53,275 nt of DNA from an uncultured Desulfuromonas sp. (GTDB taxonomy: Bacteria; Desulfobacterota; Desulfuromonadia; Desulfuromonadales; Desulfuromonadaceae). Location: positions 1 to 53,275 of the forward strand of contig CAYUJC010000003.1 of assembly GCA_964444945.1 (NCBI GenBank), written 5' to 3'. Position numbers and translations under genes: made by a program. Below are positions 18,481 to 27,688 of the stretch, piece after piece (position 1 is the first letter of the stretch; each line of letters opens with the position of its first letter). The notes under the pieces were generated by a model. It ran no database searches, had not been told where the DNA came from, and was given only the letters and a program-made list of their open reading frames with translations.

Positions 18481-19464
18481 ATGCTGCTGCTTGCCGGAGA
18501 TATTGGTGGAACAACTGCACGTTTTCAGATTATGGACACCGCAGATGAACGGCGCAGTAAGGAAGTGGTTTCCTATCCGAGCGCTGCTTTCCCCAGCTTC
18601 AACGCTCTGTTGCACCACCTGTTGCGCGCCAAGAATATTTCAGCGCTGGATGGAGCCTGCTTTGGCGTGCCTGGCCCGGTCACCGAGCAGCAGGTGGAAT
18701 TGACCAACCTGCCCTGGCACATTTCTGTTCAGGAGCTAAAACGGCAACTGCCCGTGGGGCAGGTCAGGCTTATCAACGATTTCTACGCAGCGGCACTCGG
18801 CATAGATCTGCTTGCAGATCAGGATCGATGCTGCCTGCATGCGGGGGAATTTGATCCGGGAGGGAACCGCCTGGTTGTCGGAGCCGGAACCGGCCTGGGG
18901 GTGGCGCCGGTATATCAGTTTGGCGAGCGTTTTTATCCCCAGGCTTCCGAAGGGGGACACATGGATTTTGCCCCCCTGAATCAAGAGCAGGAGTCGTTGC
19001 TGAAATGGCTCCGGTCGCGCCTGGATCACGTTCCCTATGAAAAAATTCTCTCCGGGTCGGGGCTGGAAACCCTGTACCGATTTTGTCTGGAGCGAAATAA
19101 CCCCAACGCACGCAGCGCTGAAGTCCCGGCCCGCGTTCCGGCTGCAGAGGTTCACCGTCTGGCCTGTGCAGGAGAGAAGGTGGCCGCTGATGCTATGCGT
19201 TTATTTGTCAATATTTATGGCGGGTTCATTGGCAACGCGGCGCTTCTATGGCCGGCGCGCGCAGGGATCTATATCGCCGGGGGGATTGGGGCTAAGATAG
19301 CCGACTGGATGAAGAGCCGGGAATTTGTGAGTTGCTTTTTAAATAAGGGAACTATGCGTCCGCTGGTGGAAACAATGCCGGTGTACCTTGTTATGGATGA
19401 AATGATAGGGCTCAAGGGCGCCATGTTGATGGCCAGAAGACTTGTTTACAAGGAGGAGAGATGA
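18481..19464 (+). CDS. glk: glucokinase
   Basis: 327-aa ORF. MLLLAGDIGGTTARF carries the ATP-binding motif. The sequence is collinear with Glk-family (non-ROK) glucokinases. It overlaps glgC by 4 nt (ATGA). Confidence 0.9.
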   Translation: MLLLAGDIGGTTARFQIMDTADERRSKEVVSYPSAAFPSFNALLHHLLRAKNISALDGACFGVPGPVTEQQVELTNLPWHISVQELKRQLPVGQVRLINDFYAAALGIDLLADQDRCCLHAGEFDPGGNRLVVGAGTGLGVAPVYQFGERFYPQASEGGHMDFAPLNQEQESLLKWLRSRLDHVPYEKILSGSGLETLYRFCLERNNPNARSAEVPARVPAAEVHRLACAGEKVAADAMRLFVNIYGGFIGNAALLWPARAGIYIAGGIGAKIADWMKSREFVSCFLNKGTMRPLVETMPVYLVMDEMIGLKGAMLMARRLVYKEER

Positions 19465-20717
19465 AGAATTATCCACGCAACATCAGGCCGATTCATAACA
19501 CCCTTGCTCTGGTTCTTGCTGGGGGACAGGGCAGCCGCCTCCACGATCTCACCCAGTGGCGTGCCAAACCCTCAGTGCCGTTCGGGGCTAAATATCGGAT
19601 TATCGATTTTGTCCTCTCCAACTGCGTAAATTCCGACATTCGCCATATCGGTATTCTGGTGCAATATAAATCTCATTCTCTTATCCGCCATGTGCAGCGG
19701 GCGTGGAACTTCATGCGCTATGAGATTGGTGAGTTTGTTGAACTCCTGCCAGCCCAGCAACGGCTGGACAAGGAGTGGTATCAGGGGACGGCCAACGCGC
19801 TGTATCAGAACCTGGATATCATCCGGCGCCACAACCCACGTTATGTGTTGGTGCTCGGGGGTGATCATGTATATGCCATGGACTATCGTGACATGATCGA
19901 CACCCATGCGAAATCCGGCGCCGATGTCACGGTGGGGTGTGTGGAGGTGCCGCGTGAAGAGGCCACCGGGTTCGGGGTGATGTCAGTGGATCAGCATATG
20001 AAGATCACCAAGTTCACCGAGAAACCAGCGAATCCGGAAGCTATGCCGGGCAAGCCCGATAAGGCTCTGGCGTCTATGGGGATCTACATTTTTTCTCCCG
20101 ACTTTCTGTTTGAAAAACTCATAGAAGACCACGATGACCCCAACTCATCGAAGGATTTTGGCAAAGATATCATCCCCTCCATTATCGGACGCGCAGATGT
20201 CTTGGCGTATCCCTTTGAGGGCAGGGACGGGAGCCCTGGATACTGGCGTGATGTCGGCACAGTGGAGTCGTACTGGAGCGCCAATATGGACCTGTGTCAT
20301 ATAACGCCGGAGCTCAATCTGTATAATCCCGATTGGCCGATCTGGACCTACCAGGCGCAGTTGCCCCCGGCTAAGTTCGCCTTTGACGATGAGGGGCGGC
20401 GCGGGGTCGCGATCGACTCTTTAGTCTCGGCGGGGTGTATTTTATCCGGTGCCAGGGTCAAGCGCTCCATAATCTCCAGCGACACCTTTATCCACAGCTA
20501 CTCCTTTGTTAAAGACAGTGTGGTTCTCCCTTCGGTTGATATAGGGCGCAACAGCCGCATCAGCAGGGCCATAATCGACAAAGCATGCATCATCCCTCCG
20601 GGTACGGTTATCGGGGAGGATCTGGAAGAGGATCGGAAGCGTTTTTATGTGGATGAACACGGCATTGTCCTGGTAACTCCAGACATGCTCGGACAACACC
20701 TGCACACAGTGCGCTAA
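19461..20717 (+). CDS. glgC: glucose-1-phosphate adenylyltransferase
   Basis: 418-aa ORF with LVLAGGQGSRLHDLTQWRAKPSVPFG, FTEKP and a C-terminal left-handed beta-helix region. Confidence 0.95.
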   Translation: MKNYPRNIRPIHNTLALVLAGGQGSRLHDLTQWRAKPSVPFGAKYRIIDFVLSNCVNSDIRHIGILVQYKSHSLIRHVQRAWNFMRYEIGEFVELLPAQQRLDKEWYQGTANALYQNLDIIRRHNPRYVLVLGGDHVYAMDYRDMIDTHAKSGADVTVGCVEVPREEATGFGVMSVDQHMKITKFTEKPANPEAMPGKPDKALASMGIYIFSPDFLFEKLIEDHDDPNSSKDFGKDIIPSIIGRADVLAYPFEGRDGSPGYWRDVGTVESYWSANMDLCHITPELNLYNPDWPIWTYQAQLPPAKFAFDDEGRRGVAIDSLVSAGCILSGARVKRSIISSDTFIHSYSFVKDSVVLPSVDIGRNSRISRAIIDKACIIPPGTVIGEDLEEDRKRFYVDEHGIVLVTPDMLGQHLHTVR

Positions 20718-20729
20718 AGTAGAGGATTT

Positions 20730-22451
20730 ATGACAGATAAAATCAACGTAGTTTTGTGCTGGCATATGCATCAGCCCCATTATCGCGACGCCCTTGATGG
20801 CACCTATCATTTGCCCTGGGTGTATCTGCATGCCATTAAAGATTATTCCGACATGGCATATCATCTGGAAACCTGCCCGGATGCGCGGGTGGTTGTGAAT
20901 TTCGCCCCGGTACTACTGGAGCAGCTCAATGATTACGCCGCCCAGATGCGCAAGTGGCTGCGTGATGGTGCCGCCACCTGCGATCCGTTGCTTAACATGG
21001 TCGCTGGCGCCACGGCGATCTCCGCTGTGCCAGCGGAGCGCGCGGATATTATCACCGCGTGCCAGCGTGCCCATGCTCCGACCATGATCGAGCCCTATCC
21101 AGCATTTCGCACCCTGACGAATATCGCCAAGGGGCTGTACGTCAAAGGTGACCTTGACGTGGTGCGGGTCGGTTATCTGAGCAGTCAGTTCTTTACCGAC
21201 CTGCTGGTGTGGTATCACCTGGCCTGGCTGGGGAGCAGCATCAAGAAAAAAGACTTCCGGGTTACACGCCTGATGGCGCGCAAGAGCAATTTTACTCCGG
21301 TGGATCAGGCGCTGTTGATAGAGGTGCTGGCCGAAGTCGTGGAGTCGATTATCCCCCGTTACCGGATCCTGATGGAGGCAGGGCGGATTGAGCTCTCCAT
21401 GTCTCCGTATGGGCATCCTATCGTACCGCTGCTGCTTGATTTTTCCAGCATGCATGAATCTCTGCCCGACGCACCCATGCCATTACATCGTGAATATCCG
21501 GGTGGGGAGGAGCGGGTAGACTGGCATATGGAACGCGGATTTGCGCTGTTTGAAGAACATTTCGGTATTCGGCCCGCCGGAGTGTGGCTGTCGGAGGGCG
21601 CGATCAGCAGCGCCGCTATAGCTATGCTGGATAAATGGAACGTGCGCTGGACCGCTTCGGGTGAAGGGGTGTGGCGTAACTCCTGTAACGCTTCGACGGG
21701 AGGGAAAAAGCTGCTGGAGCACAAGAACGGACTTTACGCGCCGGTGCACCATACGGGGAATAATTGCGCCATATTTTTCCGCGATGACGGGCTTTCAGAT
21801 CTGATCGGCTTCGAGTACAAAAACTGGCGCCCTGAAGACGCCGCTGCAGACTTTTGCGGCCATCTGCACAATATCGCCAAGGAGTTCGGTGCCAAAGCCT
21901 CCGAGCGGGTGATCAGCATAGTGCTCGATGGGGAAAACGCGTGGGAATACTATCCCGATAATGGCTACCCCTTTCTGCAGACTCTGTACCAGAAACTCAG
22001 TACAGACCCGAAGCTGAATATGACCACCTTCAGCGCTGTGCTTAGTGGGGACAAGCCGTGCGCCAGCGTAGAGCTGGACACCATCCGGGCCGGCAGCTGG
22101 GTTTTTGGCACCTTTTCCACCTGGATAGGGGAAGGGGATAAAAATGCCGCCTGGGACATGTTGGCCGAAGCAAAGAATTGCTTTGACCGCTCGGTTGCAA
22201 CTGCGGAGCTTTCCGAAGAGAAGATGCATGAAGTCAAAGATCAGCTGGCGGTTTGTGAGGGCTCTGACTGGTTCTGGTGGTTTGGGGGGTTGAATCCCGC
22301 CGCGAGTGTGCGCGATTTTGATCAGCTGTTTCGGCGCCATCTTATCCGCCTGTATCAACTGCTGGAAAAAGTTCCGCCAAATACACTTAAAAATCCGGTG
22401 TCTCGCGGGGGTGGCAAGGCCGAACATGGTGGCACCATGCGGCGCAACTGA
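20730..22451 (+). CDS. glycoside hydrolase family 57 protein (amylase / amylopullulanase-like)
   Basis: 573-aa ORF with the GH57 conserved regions CWHMHQPHY, GRIELSMSPYGHPI, GVWLSEGA, VLDGENAWEY and GSDWFWWFG. Confidence 0.88.
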   Translation: MTDKINVVLCWHMHQPHYRDALDGTYHLPWVYLHAIKDYSDMAYHLETCPDARVVVNFAPVLLEQLNDYAAQMRKWLRDGAATCDPLLNMVAGATAISAVPAERADIITACQRAHAPTMIEPYPAFRTLTNIAKGLYVKGDLDVVRVGYLSSQFFTDLLVWYHLAWLGSSIKKKDFRVTRLMARKSNFTPVDQALLIEVLAEVVESIIPRYRILMEAGRIELSMSPYGHPIVPLLLDFSSMHESLPDAPMPLHREYPGGEERVDWHMERGFALFEEHFGIRPAGVWLSEGAISSAAIAMLDKWNVRWTASGEGVWRNSCNASTGGKKLLEHKNGLYAPVHHTGNNCAIFFRDDGLSDLIGFEYKNWRPEDAAADFCGHLHNIAKEFGAKASERVISIVLDGENAWEYYPDNGYPFLQTLYQKLSTDPKLNMTTFSAVLSGDKPCASVELDTIRAGSWVFGTFSTWIGEGDKNAAWDMLAEAKNCFDRSVATAELSEEKMHEVKDQLAVCEGSDWFWWFGGLNPAASVRDFDQLFRRHLIRLYQLLEKVPPNTLKNPVSRGGGKAEHGGTMRRN

Positions 22452-22591
22452 AGTTGCCTGCCTTGGGGCAATCCAGTTCATCCCCGTGATAATCTGGTTC
22501 ATTTATTCCTTGTATTGTAATGCGGATCTCCCTGGCTTTGGCAAGTTGTGGCCTTGGAGCTTATTATTTATTGAGAAATTGAGGTGTCAAT

Positions 22592-23941
22592 ATGCGCAGA
22601 GCCGGAGTATTGCTTCATCCAACGTCGCTCCCATCAGGGGTGCTTGATGATCAGGTGGAGCGCTTTCTGGACTGGATGGAAAAGACCGGGTTATCCGTGT
22701 GGCAGATGCTCCCCCTGGCGCCGCCCCACGCTGATCGTTCGCCATATAATGCCTATTCATCCCATGGCATCGATCCGGCACTGCTCCCGGCGCAATTGAG
22801 GTTTCGCAGTGCGGACACCGAGGAGTTTGAAACATTCAAGCGCACGCACGCTGCCTGGCTGACCAACTACTCCATGTTTGTCGCGCTGCGCAACCATTTT
22901 GAAGATCGGCCCTGGTACGAGTGGCCCGCGGAGTTCAAACACCACGAACAGGCGGCGCTGGATCAGTTTGCCGCCACACATCTTGCGGCCATAGAACGCC
23001 TGGAACAACAGCAGTTTCTGCTGTGGCGCCGCTGGGAGCAGATCCACCGTGATGCCAACCGACGCGGCATTCGCCTTTTGGGTGATGTCCCCATCGCCGT
23101 AGCCTACGACAGCGCCAATGTGTGGGCCAACCTGGACCTGTTCAAGCTCGATGAGGAGTTGCGCCCCACGGTTGTAGCTGGCGTCCCCCCCGATTATTTC
23201 TGCGCAGAAGGGCAGCGTTGGGGCAATCCCCATTACAACTGGGAGGTGATGCAGCGCAATAATTTTGCCTGGTGGCGCCGCCGCATGGCGACGGCACTGC
23301 ACCTGTTCGACACGGTGCGCATCGATCATTTTCGGGGGCTTGTGGCTCTGTGGGAGATCCCGGCGGATGCGCCGGATGGTAGGACGGGGCAGTGGGTTCC
23401 AACCCCCGGGCGTGAGCTGCTCACGGTTCTGCGCGAAGACTTTCCGACCATGCCGTTTGTGGCGGAAGATCTCGGGGTTATCACCCCCGAAGTGACGGCA
23501 TTACGTGATGAGTTCAAGCTGCCGGGGATGTCGGTGCTTCAATTCGGATTTGCTGGCAACGCCGACAATCCTCACAGCGTTGACAACCAGAAACGCAACA
23601 CCATCGTGTATACTGGTACCCACGACAACGATACCTCCCTGGGGTGGTTTGAGTCCCTCGATTCTGACCTGCAGGCCCGGGTGATCCAGGAGCTGCCTGT
23701 CCATGTCGGCCCTATGCCCTGGCCCCTCATTGCCGCAGCCCTTGAGTCGCCGGCGCAAACAGCAATTATCCCCATGCAGGATTGGCTTGCGCTCGATTCG
23801 CGCAGCCGCACTAATGTGCCCGGAACTACCGAGGGGAACTGGTGCTGGCGGTTTGGGTGGGAGCAACTGGCGCAAGGACTGGATGAGAGGATATCTTCTT
23901 TGCTGCAATTGAGCGGCAGAACCCTGAAGCGGAGAGAATAA
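22592..23941 (+). CDS. malQ: 4-alpha-glucanotransferase (GH77, amylomaltase)
   Basis: 449-aa ORF with RRAGVLLHPTSLP, SPYNAYSSHGIDPALL, VRIDHFRGL, EDLGVITPEV and YTGTHDNDT. Confidence 0.93.
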   Translation: MRRAGVLLHPTSLPSGVLDDQVERFLDWMEKTGLSVWQMLPLAPPHADRSPYNAYSSHGIDPALLPAQLRFRSADTEEFETFKRTHAAWLTNYSMFVALRNHFEDRPWYEWPAEFKHHEQAALDQFAATHLAAIERLEQQQFLLWRRWEQIHRDANRRGIRLLGDVPIAVAYDSANVWANLDLFKLDEELRPTVVAGVPPDYFCAEGQRWGNPHYNWEVMQRNNFAWWRRRMATALHLFDTVRIDHFRGLVALWEIPADAPDGRTGQWVPTPGRELLTVLREDFPTMPFVAEDLGVITPEVTALRDEFKLPGMSVLQFGFAGNADNPHSVDNQKRNTIVYTGTHDNDTSLGWFESLDSDLQARVIQELPVHVGPMPWPLIAAALESPAQTAIIPMQDWLALDSRSRTNVPGTTEGNWCWRFGWEQLAQGLDERISSLLQLSGRTLKRRE

Positions 23942-23959
23942 AACAAAGGTGATAAGCAG

Positions 23960-26164
23960 ATGATGAAGCAACTTGAACAATATACCAGTGCCACCGAAGA
24001 TTTTAAGCGGCTGAGCCAGGGACGCCATCACGACCCTTTCAGTTTTCTCGGGATCCATCCGATAAACGCTAAAACCTGGATTATCCGCGCGTGGATGCCT
24101 ACAGCCGCTTCCGTGCGCATTGAGTCCGGCCCTGAGCTTGAACCCATCGGGGCGGGGTTGTTCGCGCTGTTGCTGGATAAACAGACAAAAGAGAAGATCC
24201 CGCAGCATTATACCCTGGAGTGGAGTGAAGGAGATGGAAACACCTACCGGGTAATATCTCCCTACACCTTTGCTGCTCAGATCGGTGATGTCGACCTGCA
24301 CCTGCTCGGAGAGGGGCGCCACTGGCACATGTATGAAATCCTTGGCGCCAATCTCTGCAACGTGGATGGGGTCGAAGGGGTGCTGTTCGGGGTTTGGGCT
24401 CCGTCAGCGGAACGGGTCTCTGTGGTGGGCAACTTCAACGTCTGGAACGGAAACCGCCATCCCATGCGCTGTCGCGGCAACTCCGGCGTGTGGGAACTGT
24501 TCATCCCCGGTATCGGCCAGACCGAACGCTATAAATTTGAGATCCGCAACAAGTATACCGGTGAGTATTTTGTAAAGGCTGATCCCTGCGCGCGCGCTAT
24601 GGAGATGCGTCCGCGCACCGCTTCCATCGTCCACGTAAGTGCATATACTTGGAATGATGCGGATTGGATGCAGGCGCGCCGGGTATTTGACTGGCAGCAT
24701 AAGCCCGTCAACATTTACGAGGTGCATCTGGGTTCCTGGCAGAAGACAGACGATGGCCGCTTTCTCAACTACCGCGAAATAGCTCATCGTCTGGTGGAGT
24801 ATGCCTTGTGGATGGGGTACACCCATCTCAATCTCATGCCAGTCAGTGAGCACGCCCTGGATGAGTCCTGGGGTTACCAGGTTACCGCGTATTATGCCCC
24901 AACCCGCCGCTTTGGCGATCCAGATGATTTTCGTTATTTTGTGGATCATTGCCATCAGCATGGTTTGGGGGTTTTTCTCGACTGGGTGCCGGCCCATTTT
25001 CCCAAAGATCGCTTTGCCCTGGCCCGCTTTGATGGAACCGCCCTGTATGAGCACGAAGACCCACGCATTGGAGAACACCGGGAATGGGGCACCTATGTGT
25101 TCAACTATGGGCGCAATGAGGTGCGCAACTTCCTTATCGCCAATGCCTTGTACTGGTTGGAAGAATTTCATATCGACGGTCTGCGCGTAGATGCGGTTGC
25201 CTCTATGCTGTATCTGGACTATGACCGCGACGCGGGGGAATGGCTCACCAACGCCTATGGAGGCAATGAGAATATTGAAGCGATAGAGTTTCTCCGCACC
25301 TTGAATACCGAGATCCACGCCAGATATCCGGGGGCGGTGCTCATGGCGGAAGAGTCTACCTCGTGGCCCATGGTGTCGAGACCGGTGTGGATGGGCGGTC
25401 TGGGTTTTTCCATGAAATGGAATATGGGCTGGATGAACGATACCCTGAGCTATTTTGCCGAGGACCCCATCCATCGCTCCTATCACCATTCCCGCCTGAC
25501 TTTCAGTCAGCTGTACGCCTATCAGGAAAACTTCATCCTGCCGCTGTCCCACGACGAGGTGGTACATCAGAAACGCTCTTTACTGGATAAGATGCCCGGC
25601 GATCGTTGGCAGAAGTTTGCCAATCTACGCCTATTGTTTGGCTACCAGATGTTGCATCCGGGGAAGAAACTTCTGTTCATGGGGGGTGAGTTCGGGCAGT
25701 GGCGTGAATGGAGCGAAAAAGGGGTGTTGGACTGGTATCTGTGCGAAGAAAAGGAGCATCGCGGAGTGCAAATGCTCCTGCGTGAGCTCAATCAGCTCTA
25801 CACCAGCAGTTCCGCCCTGTATGCGCAGGATTTTGAGTCGAGCGGATTTGAATGGATTGACTGTAACGACAATCAGCAGTCGGTGCTGAGTTTTGTGCGC
25901 CGTGATTCTCATGCTCAGCCGGTGCGGCAGTTGGTGTGCCTATTTAACTTCACTCCAGTTGTTCGACATGGCTACCGCATCGGGATGCCCCTGGGCGGAA
26001 CGTATCGGGAAATTGTTAATTCTGACGCCGCCGCCTACGGCGGTTCAAACATTGGCAACGGTGGTGCAGTCGACGCTGAGCCTCAGCCCTTTATGGGGCG
26101 TAGCCACAGTGCCGTTGTTACCCTGCCACCACTGGCTTTTATAGTTCTACAGCTTGAGGAGTAA
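23960..26164 (+). CDS. glgB: 1,4-alpha-glucan branching enzyme
   Basis: 734-aa ORF with GH13 motifs [32 protein letters not shown] and [10 protein letters not shown]. Confidence 0.96.
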   Translation: MMKQLEQYTSATEDFKRLSQGRHHDPFSFLGIHPINAKTWIIRAWMPTAASVRIESGPELEPIGAGLFALLLDKQTKEKIPQHYTLEWSEGDGNTYRVISPYTFAAQIGDVDLHLLGEGRHWHMYEILGANLCNVDGVEGVLFGVWAPSAERVSVVGNFNVWNGNRHPMRCRGNSGVWELFIPGIGQTERYKFEIRNKYTGEYFVKADPCARAMEMRPRTASIVHVSAYTWNDADWMQARRVFDWQHKPVNIYEVHLGSWQKTDDGRFLNYREIAHRLVEYALWMGYTHLNLMPVSEHALDESWGYQVTAYYAPTRRFGDPDDFRYFVDHCHQHGLGVFLDWVPAHFPKDRFALARFDGTALYEHEDPRIGEHREWGTYVFNYGRNEVRNFLIANALYWLEEFHIDGLRVDAVASMLYLDYDRDAGEWLTNAYGGNENIEAIEFLRTLNTEIHARYPGAVLMAEESTSWPMVSRPVWMGGLGFSMKWNMGWMNDTLSYFAEDPIHRSYHHSRLTFSQLYAYQENFILPLSHDEVVHQKRSLLDKMPGDRWQKFANLRLLFGYQMLHPGKKLLFMGGEFGQWREWSEKGVLDWYLCEEKEHRGVQMLLRELNQLYTSSSALYAQDFESSGFEWIDCNDNQQSVLSFVRRDSHAQPVRQLVCLFNFTPVVRHGYRIGMPLGGTYREIVNSDAAAYGGSNIGNGGAVDAEPQPFMGRSHSAVVTLPPLAFIVLQLEE

Positions 26165-26170
26165 ACGATT

Positions 26171-27679
26171 ATGCGGGTTCTATTTGCAACTTCGGAAATA
26201 TATCCTTTGGTAAAAACCGGAGGGCTGGGAGATGTCGCCGCAGGGTTGAGTACGGCTTTGCAGCAACTGAACCATGATGTAACGGTTATCTTGCCGGCGT
26301 ACCAGGATGCCCTGCGCCAGTTGGACTCGGTTCATGAGCTTGCGCACAGCCGCGTCCACTGTGGCGCTACCGAGTATCATATGCGCCTGCTGCGTGCCGA
26401 TAGCGACAGCGGCGTAACCCTGCTGCTCGTGGATATCCCCGGGCTGTTTGACCGTCCTGGTAATCCATACCTGGCAGAAGATGGCGCCGACTGGGTGGAC
26501 AATGGGGAACGTTTTGGTCTGTTCAGTCGCATTGTCGCAGGGGTGGCTCTGAACCAGTTCGGGCTCGACTGGCATCCGGATGTTGTCCACTGCAACGACT
26601 GGCAGACGGGCCTTGTCCCTGCATTTATGCGCCTGCTGCAGACAGAAACGGACTCCTCCGCGCACACCGATGCTGCAGAGCGTTCAGCCCTGCCCCGAAC
26701 TGTTTTCACCATTCACAACCTCTCTTATGCTGGCAAGTTTTCCCGTGCGCTCTTTGCCGGACTCGGCTTGCCGGATGCCTGGTGGAACCCTGAAATGCTT
26801 GAATTCTACGGCGCATTCTCCATGCTGAAAGGGGGAATCGTGTGCGCGGATCATGTCACCACGGTGAGCCCTGCATATGCCGCGGAAATATGTACCCCGC
26901 CGTATGGGTTTGGTTTTGAAGGGCTGCTGCGGGAATGTGCCGCCCAGGGTAGATTGAGTGGAATCCTCAACGGTATTGACACCCAGGTATGGAATCCGGC
27001 CAAGGATCGGTATATCCCCTACCCCTACTCAGTACAGAAAGGGCGGGTGGCGCAGAAAATGCGCAACAAACAGCATCTGCTCCAGACCCTTGCTCCAGCA
27101 AGAGCCAAAGTGGATGAAAAAGCCCCTCTGCTGGGGTTCATCGGACGCATGGTGGAACAAAAAGGGATTGATTTGCTGATAGAAACCATCCCGATGCTGC
27201 TGGATGAAACCAGTGCCAATGTGGTGCTCCTTGGCTCCGGGCAGAAGATTTACGAACAGGAGATCGTTAACCTCGCGCGCCTGTATCCGCACCGGGTTTT
27301 TGTCCATATCGGCTACTCCGAGGAGCTGGCCCACCTTATCGAGGCGGGCGCGGATATCTTTCTCATGCCCTCGCGGTTTGAGCCCTGTGGCTTGAACCAG
27401 ATGTACAGCCTCACCTATGGGACTCTGCCGATAGTGCACGCTACGGGTGGGCTCAAGGATACCGTTGTAGATGCCAGTGCCGCAAACATTGCGGCCGGCA
27501 CCGCCACCGGCTTTGTGATGCAAAAAGCGTCACCAGAAGAATTACGCCGCTGCAGCATAAGGGCGCTCGAGTTGTACCGTAAACCACGCACCTGGCAGAA
27601 ATTGCAGAAGACCGCCATGTCACAGGATTTTGGCTGGCAGCGCAGCGCTGCTTCCTATCTTAACCTCTACCAGGCTTAG
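26171..27679 (+). CDS. glgA: glycogen synthase (ADP-glucose type, GT5)
   Basis: 502-aa ORF with MRVLFATSEIYPLVKTGGLGDV and the C-terminal SRFEPCGLNQMY...TGGL motifs. Confidence 0.96.
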   Translation: MRVLFATSEIYPLVKTGGLGDVAAGLSTALQQLNHDVTVILPAYQDALRQLDSVHELAHSRVHCGATEYHMRLLRADSDSGVTLLLVDIPGLFDRPGNPYLAEDGADWVDNGERFGLFSRIVAGVALNQFGLDWHPDVVHCNDWQTGLVPAFMRLLQTETDSSAHTDAAERSALPRTVFTIHNLSYAGKFSRALFAGLGLPDAWWNPEMLEFYGAFSMLKGGIVCADHVTTVSPAYAAEICTPPYGFGFEGLLRECAAQGRLSGILNGIDTQVWNPAKDRYIPYPYSVQKGRVAQKMRNKQHLLQTLAPARAKVDEKAPLLGFIGRMVEQKGIDLLIETIPMLLDETSANVVLLGSGQKIYEQEIVNLARLYPHRVFVHIGYSEELAHLIEAGADIFLMPSRFEPCGLNQMYSLTYGTLPIVHATGGLKDTVVDASAANIAAGTATGFVMQKASPEELRRCSIRALELYRKPRTWQKLQKTAMSQDFGWQRSAASYLNLYQA

Positions 27680-27688
27680 GAGTACAAT

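Noticed and set aside
24404-25567. 387-aa ORF antisense to glgB
   Set aside because: A shadow ORF inside a clear GH13 branching-enzyme gene. Its composition is biased (His/Gly/Ile/Ala) and there is no start context.
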